From an uncultured Bacilli bacterium (lineage in GTDB: Bacteria; Bacillota_I; Bacilli_A; RF39; UBA660): a stretch of 64,000 nt of DNA. Location of the stretch: contig CAKOIS010000002.1 of the NCBI GenBank assembly GCA_934087065.1, forward strand, positions 11,880 through 75,879. The letters run 5' to 3'. The position numbers were made by a program, and so were the translations under genes. Under the pieces are notes generated by a model. The model was not told the origin of the DNA and did not search any database. It saw nothing but the letters and a program-made list of their open reading frames with translations. Numbering within the stretch: position 1 is the first letter of the stretch; every line of letters begins with the position of its first letter. This document shows positions 57,838 through 64,000 of the stretch, piece by piece.

Positions 57838-60189
57838 ATGTCTAAAAGTAACTTACCAGTAATACTACTGAAGAACCTTGTATTATTCCCTCTTGGAGAC
57901 GCTAGAATTGAATTAAATAATAATATTACAAAGAAAATAATGGATATATCAAGAGAATATTTTGATAATAAAGTTTTAATTGTAACTCCACTTAATGATT
58001 TAGAAGAAGTGCCAGATACAAATGATTTGCCTAAAGTTGGAGTAGTAGCAAATATTGCTAGTAGAATTGATTTACCTAATGGTAACACTAGAATTGTTTT
58101 AAATGGTTTAAACAGGGTAAGAGTACTTAAATATATGTATTATTCTAGCAATAAAGATATATTAGAAAGTGAAGTGATTACTTTCCCTGAAGTTCAATAT
58201 AATGAAATAGAAGAAACAGCATTATTAAGAAAACTACTTGAAACTTTAGAAACTTTTATCTCAGTAAATCCATTTTTGTCTAATGCAGTTTTAAATAAAA
58301 TAAAAGGAATAAATGATTTAGATAAACTAACTGATATTGTATGTAACTTTGTTAACTTTAGCACTCAAAAAAAACTAAAACTCGTAGTTGAGCCTAATAG
58401 AATTAGCCGTGCTAAAAGATTAATTACAGAACTTAATGTAGAACTTGCTATATTGAAATTAGAAAATAAGATAGAAAATGATCTAAAAAGAGATTTAGAT
58501 GAAATGCAAAAAGAAATGCTTTTAAAAGAAAAGATTAAAATAATCAAAAAAGAACTTGGAGAAGTAGACAATAAATCTATTTATATTGATAAAGTAAATG
58601 AAGTGCTTAAAAATAGGCATATACCATTACATATCAAGGAAAAATTAAAAAGCGAAGTAAACAAGTATGAAAGTACACTAGAAACTAGTCCAGAACTAGG
58701 AGTAATTAAGTCATATATTGATTATTTATTAAGTATTCCTTTTGGTAAAATTACAAAAGATGAAACTGACTTAAATAAAGTGAGTGAAAGCTTAAATAAA
58801 ACTCACTATGGACTAGATGAAGTTAAAACAAGAATACTAGAATATGTAGCAGTTGAAACTAACAAAGAGAGTAATAATCCTATTATCTGTTTAGTTGGTC
58901 CACCAGGTGTTGGTAAAACAACTTTAGCAGAAAGTATTGCGAATAGTTTAAATAAAAAGTTTGTTAAAATAAGTTTAGGTGGACTAAACGATCCTGCTGA
59001 ACTTCTAGGTCACAGAAAAACCTATATAGGTAGTGCACCTGGTAAAATAATTGCATCTTTAATTAAGAGTAATGTAATGAACCCAGTTATATTATTAGAT
59101 GAAATTGATAAAATGAGTAAAGATTATAAAGGAGACCCAGTAAATGCTTTACTTGATATTTTAGATAGCAAGCAAAATAGAGATTTTATTGATAACTATA
59201 TTGAAGAAAAAATAGATTTATCTAATGTTACATGGATACTAACTGCAAATGACAGAACATCAATTCCTATGGTGCTTCAAGATAGATTAGATATAATTGA
59301 ATTAAATTCATACCTTGATTATGAAAAAATATCTATTGCAAAAGATTATCTAATTAATAACTCATTAAAGAAAAATGGAGTAAAGAGTAATATTACATTT
59401 ACCAATAAAGCTATACTTAAATTAATTCAAGATTACACTAAAGAAAGTGGTGTTCGTGAACTAGATAGACTTATTAATAGAATAATTAGAAAAGTTGTAA
59501 CTGAACACAAATTAAAAAACACAGAACTTACTGACTTAGTTATTACACCTAGTTTGGTAAGAGAATATATTGGTATTGAAAAATATTCAAGTAATGTGAA
59601 ACTTGGAACATCTACTATAGGATATGTAAAAGGATTAGCTTATACTCCATATGGTGGAGAGACTTTAGAAATAGAAGTTACTGGTTATGCTGGAAAAGAA
59701 TCGTTTTTTACTTCAGGACATCTTGGTGAAACTTTAAAAGAAAGTATCATGGTATCTTTGGGGTACATTAAATCTAATAAAGATTTGTTTAAAATAAATG
59801 ATGAAATGTTTAATAGTACTCTTCATATTAACTTTAGAGAGGGTGGTATTCCTAAAGAAGGCCCATCAGCTGGCGCGATTATAACGACTGCATTGCTAAG
59901 CTATTTGTTAAAAAAAGAAGTGCCTTCTACTATCAGTGCAAGTGGAGAAATTACTCTTTTAGGTGATATTCTTCCAGTTGGTGGTATAAGAGAAAAAAGT
60001 TTAGCTGCTATAAAAGATGGCATAACTAAAGTATACGTTTCAGTATTAAATAAAAGAGATGTTGAATATTTAGATAAAGAAATAAAAGATAAAATTAAAT
60101 TTGTTTTTGTTAAAAATTATATAGAAATTTATAATGATATTTTTGAAGGTGACAATAATGGTAGAAACAGAAAGAATGAAAATGATTAA
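57838..60189 (+). CDS. lon: ATP-dependent Lon protease (start moved to the ATG at 57838 after ggaggtg)
   Basis: LON N-terminal domain. AAA+ (GPPGVGKTT, ILLDEIDKM). C-terminal S16 protease with catalytic PKEGPSAG. Confidence 0.9.
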   Translation: MSKSNLPVILLKNLVLFPLGDARIELNNNITKKIMDISREYFDNKVLIVTPLNDLEEVPDTNDLPKVGVVANIASRIDLPNGNTRIVLNGLNRVRVLKYMYYSSNKDILESEVITFPEVQYNEIEETALLRKLLETLETFISVNPFLSNAVLNKIKGINDLDKLTDIVCNFVNFSTQKKLKLVVEPNRISRAKRLITELNVELAILKLENKIENDLKRDLDEMQKEMLLKEKIKIIKKELGEVDNKSIYIDKVNEVLKNRHIPLHIKEKLKSEVNKYESTLETSPELGVIKSYIDYLLSIPFGKITKDETDLNKVSESLNKTHYGLDEVKTRILEYVAVETNKESNNPIICLVGPPGVGKTTLAESIANSLNKKFVKISLGGLNDPAELLGHRKTYIGSAPGKIIASLIKSNVMNPVILLDEIDKMSKDYKGDPVNALLDILDSKQNRDFIDNYIEEKIDLSNVTWILTANDRTSIPMVLQDRLDIIELNSYLDYEKISIAKDYLINNSLKKNGVKSNITFTNKAILKLIQDYTKESGVRELDRLINRIIRKVVTEHKLKNTELTDLVITPSLVREYIGIEKYSSNVKLGTSTIGYVKGLAYTPYGGETLEIEVTGYAGKESFFTSGHLGETLKESIMVSLGYIKSNKDLFKINDEMFNSTLHINFREGGIPKEGPSAGAIITTALLSYLLKKEVPSTISASGEITLLGDILPVGGIREKSLAAIKDGITKVYVSVLNKRDVEYLDKEIKDKIKFVFVKNYIEIYNDIFEGDNNGRNRKNEND

Positions 60190-60388
60190 AAGTTTATATC
60201 AAGGTGAAATAAAAGAACTTTGCTATGATGAGATAAAAAGAGAAGACGGGATAACTCTTATTAATGTATATATTAAATTAGATGATGGGTTTGACACAAA
60301 ACTAAACTTGGGAATTATTGGTGTGTCAACTGAAGAAAAAAAGAAAGAGCTAGAAAGTCTTGGATATAAAAGAATACTTAAAAAATAG
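60158..60388 (+). CDS. hypothetical small protein overlapping the 3' end of lon
   Basis: ORF only. Start choice is uncertain (ATG 60134, 60158 or 60176). Confidence 0.25.
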   Translation: MVETERMKMIKSLYQGEIKELCYDEIKREDGITLINVYIKLDDGFDTKLNLGIIGVSTEEKKKELESLGYKRILKK

Positions 60389-60439
60389 TAATAAAATAAA
60401 CACTTCTTCATATTTATTAAATGAAAGGAGTGTTTTATT

Positions 60440-61135
60440 ATGAAAGAAACAATAGAATTTAAAAAAGACTGTATGTTAAAAACGTACGCATCAAGTATTA
60501 GTGATATCACTTTATCACACGACTACAAAATATTAGAAGACACTATAGAAGGATATTTTGATGTAGCAGGTTCATATAAAGCTACTATATCAAGCGTAGA
60601 AACTGAAGACTTCTTTTATACAATTCCATTTACTATTGCTTTATCAAGTTTAATTGACAAAGATAGTATTAACCTAAGCATACATGACTTTAGTTATGAA
60701 ACTGAAAAAGATGTATTACACTTAAAAATGGTACTAGATATGGAATATACTAAATTGCCAGAAGAAGTTAATAATGAAGAAACGGAGGAAAATGAAATGG
60801 AAGAAGTTAACGATGTAATAGATGATTACATTAATGAGAAAGACCTTCTTAGTCCAAAAGACTTTCACGATGAAGTAATGCTTGACAAAACAACTACTAT
60901 TAAAGAAACTAATAATGAAATAACAGATAATAATATGAAAACAATTTTTAATAATGTAACAGAAAAAGAATATTCTAAATTTAAAGTATACATTATGAGA
61001 GAAGAAGATACATTAGATAGTATTTTACTTAAGTATAACGTAAAAATGGATGAGATTACAGAATATAACGACGTAGAAAACATTCATGTTGGAGACAAGA
61101 TAATTATTCCTATTATTAAAAATGAAGAAAATTAA
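60440..61135 (+). CDS. LysM-domain protein (231 aa), possibly a SpoVID/SipL-like spore morphogenesis protein
   Basis: C-terminal LysM (YIMREEDTLDSILLKYNVKMDEITEYNDV...VGDKIIIP). Followed by a YsxE/CotS-like gene, as in B. subtilis spoVID-ysxE. Confidence 0.4.
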   Translation: MKETIEFKKDCMLKTYASSISDITLSHDYKILEDTIEGYFDVAGSYKATISSVETEDFFYTIPFTIALSSLIDKDSINLSIHDFSYETEKDVLHLKMVLDMEYTKLPEEVNNEETEENEMEEVNDVIDDYINEKDLLSPKDFHDEVMLDKTTTIKETNNEITDNNMKTIFNNVTEKEYSKFKVYIMREEDTLDSILLKYNVKMDEITEYNDVENIHVGDKIIIPIIKNEEN

Positions 61136-62003
61136 AAAAATAAAAATAATTGGAAAAGCTAAAATATATGAAACAGATGATGGTAAATATGTAGTTAAAA
61201 AAGAAAAGAAAGACTTAACTAACTTGTTTGATTATCTTAGTTCTAGGGGGATTACCACATTCGCAAATAGAACTAACACTACTGATAATCTTACAAGGTA
61301 CGAGTACGTTGAAAACTCTACTTTTACAAACGATGCTGACTATATAGAATTCATAAAAAATGTAGCTATACTACACTATAAAACTGCATACTTTAAAACA
61401 GAAAGTAGAAAAGTTTTTAAAGATATTTATAACAAACTAATAGATAAAGTTGACTATCTAAAAGATTACTATAATAAATTAATTGAAAAAATTGATAATG
61501 AACACTTTATGAGCCCATCTAGTTATTTAATTGCAAGAAATTATACTATAATAAGTTCCAATTTATATTTTATTGAAAGAGAATTAAATAGTTGGTATAA
61601 TTTAGTAAAAGATCAAACTAAAACTAGGGTATGTATAGTTAACAATAATCTTAAATTTGATAATTTTATAAAAGGGGATAAATTAATATTTACAAGTTGG
61701 GATAATTATTTGGTTGATACACCTATCATTGACATATATAAAATATATAGAAATGAATATAAAAGTACTGATATGACTACATTATTTAAAGAATATAATA
61801 GTGTATTTAAACTTAACAATGAAGAAATAAAACTATTTAATATAATGATAAGTTTTCCTATTAGTATAAACTTAGAATGTAGTGAGTACAATAAAGTAAG
61901 GTCAGTAAAAGAAATGCTAGACTATACTTATAGAACTAGTAAGTTTATATCTTCAGGAGTCTTTAAAGAGTTGATACACGAGAGCGCTGATCAAAATGAG
62001 TAA
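61122..62003 (+). CDS. CotS/YsxE-family (phosphotransferase-like) spore-coat-associated protein
   Basis: 293 aa. K/Y-rich with the general CotS family layout. Synteny with the upstream LysM protein. Confidence 0.4.
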   Translation: MKKIKKIKIIGKAKIYETDDGKYVVKKEKKDLTNLFDYLSSRGITTFANRTNTTDNLTRYEYVENSTFTNDADYIEFIKNVAILHYKTAYFKTESRKVFKDIYNKLIDKVDYLKDYYNKLIEKIDNEHFMSPSSYLIARNYTIISSNLYFIERELNSWYNLVKDQTKTRVCIVNNNLKFDNFIKGDKLIFTSWDNYLVDTPIIDIYKIYRNEYKSTDMTTLFKEYNSVFKLNNEEIKLFNIMISFPISINLECSEYNKVRSVKEMLDYTYRTSKFISSGVFKELIHESADQNE

Positions 62004-62247
62004 AAGAACGACATTGCTTCTTGATGGACTAATAAGAGAGAAAATAGCTTGCCAAAATATCAAGACAATATTAACTAATACCAAAAGAGTATTAAATAAA
62101 TGTCTATTATTTTTATAAAGATTTTTAATATCATTTAATTTATTCATACTATATATTATGATAAAAGAGACTATTTGTGAGTTTCTTTTATTTTTCTAGT
62201 GAAATATATTTATTTTTATGTTATACTTATAATAGGAGTGAGACAAT

Positions 62248-62412
62248 ATGAAAAAAGGGTTTGTATCAATGGCTACTGTGTATACATTTTTAATAGTATT
62301 CTTATTAATATTATCGTCTATATTATCTAAATATGTAATGAGAAATAGACTAATTAATAGTCTTAATGAAACAGTAAAAAATGAACTTAATGAGAGGTAT
62401 AACAGTGAATAA
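62248..62412 (+). CDS. small pseudopilin-like membrane protein (54 aa; not in the supplied ORF track)
   Basis: RBS ataggagtgag plus ATG. N-terminus MKKGFVSMATVYTFLIVFLL. First gene of a pseudopilin cluster. Confidence 0.3.
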   Translation: MKKGFVSMATVYTFLIVFLLILSSILSKYVMRNRLINSLNETVKNELNERYNSE

Positions 62413-62857
62413 GAATGGTTTTGTATTTATAGAAACAATAATAGTAATTGTCTTACTTAGTGTTGGTATTGCTAGTATGTACTCTTTAATGACTAATATA
62501 ACAACTGATATAAAATCAAGAAAATACTTTGATAATATAAGTGATTTATATAAAACTAATATTATAAGAGATAATGTAAGTAAAAATTTAACTGGTACAA
62601 CATACTTAGAGATTACAAAAGATAACTGTACTTCATACATGAGTAGTACATGTTATAGTTTACTTACTGACTTAGAAGTAGAAAGAGTAGTAGTTAACTT
62701 TGCAAGTTTAGATAACATAATAAATAGTGATACAACCATCCCTAACAGTATGAATGAATACCTAAAAACAATTAATACATATAAAACAAACAAATACATA
62801 ATAGTAAACTACAAATACAATAACAAAAACTATTATGCTTCCCTAGAGGTGAAATAA
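62381..62857 (+). CDS. prepilin-type pseudopilin (likely true start GTG 62405: VNKNGFVFIETIIVIVLL)
   Basis: G-F-V-F-I-E-T class III signal. RBS gagagg before the GTG. Confidence 0.6.
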   Translation: MNLMRGITVNKNGFVFIETIIVIVLLSVGIASMYSLMTNITTDIKSRKYFDNISDLYKTNIIRDNVSKNLTGTTYLEITKDNCTSYMSSTCYSLLTDLEVERVVVNFASLDNIINSDTTIPNSMNEYLKTINTYKTNKYIIVNYKYNNKNYYASLEVK

Positions 62858-63297
62858 TGAAAAAAAATGGATTTACCTTAGTTGAACTAACTATTAGTAT
62901 TGCTCTATTATCAGTAGTAATGGTCTTCTTACTAAACTTTCTAACACTTGTTAAAAAAGAAGATGTAGGAATAGAAGAAACTACAAGCATGGAAATAGAT
63001 AAAAGTGTAATTTCTAAAACTATTAATAGTGATATCTTAAAAGAAAACTATATAAGTACTCTGTCTTGTACAGATGTGTTATGTAGTGTAACCTTAAAAA
63101 GTGGGGCTAAAAGAACTATTACTATAGACGGTAATATCGTTAAATACACCGATACTACAAACAATAAAGTACTCATGTCTAGAAAGACTAACTTATCATA
63201 CACTTTAAAAAGTACTAGCTTAACCACTATTGATAAAATAACACTTGTCACAGAAAACTCAGAATACAATATAGAAATAATATCTAGTAAAATCTAG
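62857..63297 (+). CDS. prepilin-type pseudopilin
   Basis: N-terminus MKKNGFTLVELTISIALLSVV. Start overlaps the previous stop (TAATG). Confidence 0.65.
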   Translation: MKKNGFTLVELTISIALLSVVMVFLLNFLTLVKKEDVGIEETTSMEIDKSVISKTINSDILKENYISTLSCTDVLCSVTLKSGAKRTITIDGNIVKYTDTTNNKVLMSRKTNLSYTLKSTSLTTIDKITLVTENSEYNIEIISSKI

Positions 63298-64000
63298 ATA
63301 TTTTTAAATACAATAAAAGTTAAGAATACACTAATGAGTACTAATAGAGCCTTGTTTTTTATAAATATTTTGTAGTCTATCTTAGTGCCTGATAATATTC
63401 CAAACGCTTGCATTATCACTGACATTCCACTTGTGCTTAGCCCTAGAGCTAATAATGTATATTTATAAACTAAAGAAATATTAAGGATGCTTATGCTTTT
63501 AACACCAGTAGTTAGTTCTAAAAAACTATTTATAACTGCAAGAATAACTGGGTTTACTCTTAAATAATACTTAATAATATTTATAATTATACTAAAAACT
63601 ACTATTATTCCAAGTATAATTAAAAGAGTAGAAAAACTATTTTGTATACTTTTTTTTAAAAGAGTGAAAAAGTTTATAGTGTTATTTTTATTTATATAGT
63701 CTTTATCTTCTAGTTTTTTATAATTAATTAAATAAACTATGAAACTACTAAGATATATGATACCTAAAACAATAACAGGATACACCTTGCTTTTAAATAG
63801 CATTGCAACACTACCTATAACAAACATCGGGTTAGGGAAAAATGAAAAAGCTAAAACTCTTGACGTGTCACTCACACTAATGCTATTATTTTTAATCATG
63901 TCAGACAAATATTTCGCATTACTGGGTAGTCCACTTATCATACTAACTATCAAAAAGTTTATATACTTAAACTTAAAAATGCGCTTTAGATTATCAAAAT
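63294..64000 (-). CDS. polytopic membrane protein (N-terminus outside the window)
   Basis: The minus-strand frame remains open to the window end. The 63953 'start' in the ORF track is a TTG. Multiple predicted TM helices. Confidence 0.4.
   Translation of the reverse strand, partial: FDNLKRIFKFKYINFLIVSMISGLPSNAKYLSDMIKNNSISVSDTSRVLAFSFFPNPMFVIGSVAMLFKSKVYPVIVLGIIYLSSFIVYLINYKKLEDKDYINKNNTINFFTLLKKSIQNSFSTLLIILGIIVVFSIIINIIKYYLRVNPVILAVINSFLELTTGVKSISILNISLVYKYTLLALGLSTSGMSVIMQAFGILSGTKIDYKIFIKNKALLVLISVFLTFIVFKNI

Noticed and set aside
1-64000. Possibility of a Mollicutes-type genetic code (TGA=Trp) given the very low GC content
   Set aside because: Long genes (polC 1426 aa, ppdK, lon, topoisomerases) are uninterrupted under the standard code, and many genes end at TGA with good downstream terminators.
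1-64000. Search for the DGR reverse transcriptase, Avd and template repeat within the window
   Set aside because: No ORF shows RT motifs (YxDD-type) and no A-rich counterpart of the VR scaffold was found in intergenic regions by eye. Either the cassette lies elsewhere in the genome or the VRs are relics. This is stated as the key open check rather than asserted.

Overview
This is a 64 kb chromosomal segment from a strongly AT-rich, low-GC Gram-positive bacterium, probably a Firmicute/Clostridia-like sporeformer. The standard genetic code is in use, since polC and lon read through as single long ORFs. Most of the window is housekeeping: smc (3' end), dxs, rnhB, a PrsA-like foldase, tdk, ppdK, a DnaD-domain replication protein plus dnaI, polA, a type II topoisomerase B/A pair, rplU-prp-rpmA, asnS, hrcA-grpE-dnaK-dnaJ with a clear CIRCE operator, polC, holA, lon, and MurT/GatD. 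Type IV pilus/pseudopilus genes are dispersed through the window: a PilB-like ATPase, PilC, PilD, and at least five prepilin-like genes. The most unusual content is a four-member paralogous family of secreted/surface proteins, with CDSs starting at 4816, 23406, 34050 and 45303. (1) Each copy is preceded by a conserved ~200-bp leader containing a homopolymeric G tract of variable length (9, 10, 9 and 8 G) embedded in a short upstream ORF, followed by a hairpin with a T-run. (2) Each copy ends in a ~140-bp C-terminal segment that is strikingly adenine-depleted, hence locally GC-rich. In that segment the paralogs differ almost only at NNC-type codons (tac/cgc/agc/ggc/cac/gac/aac/ttc), while the intervening scaffold codons are A-free and conserved. 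This is the signature of a diversity-generating retroelement (DGR) variable region, yet no reverse transcriptase or template repeat is visible in this window. Together these suggest a combined ON/OFF phase-variation and targeted-hypermutation system for surface ligand-binding proteins. The window also holds a type III (ToxIN/AbiQ-like) toxin-antitoxin locus with a sigma-A promoter, about 2.2 tandem ~50-nt repeats, a terminator and a ToxN-like CDS. Nearby, between ppdK and the dnaB-like gene, is an AT-rich segment with an XRE-like gene and a truncated ParB-N-terminal fragment. Other items are a Fic-domain gene with a small overlapping upstream ORF, a ClpX-like AAA+ ATPase lacking the zinc-ribbon N-domain, a ~260-bp inverted-repeat-flanked element upstream of the L21 operon, and two uncharacterised small genes inserted between grpE and dnaK. 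No rRNA, tRNA or CRISPR array was recognised.
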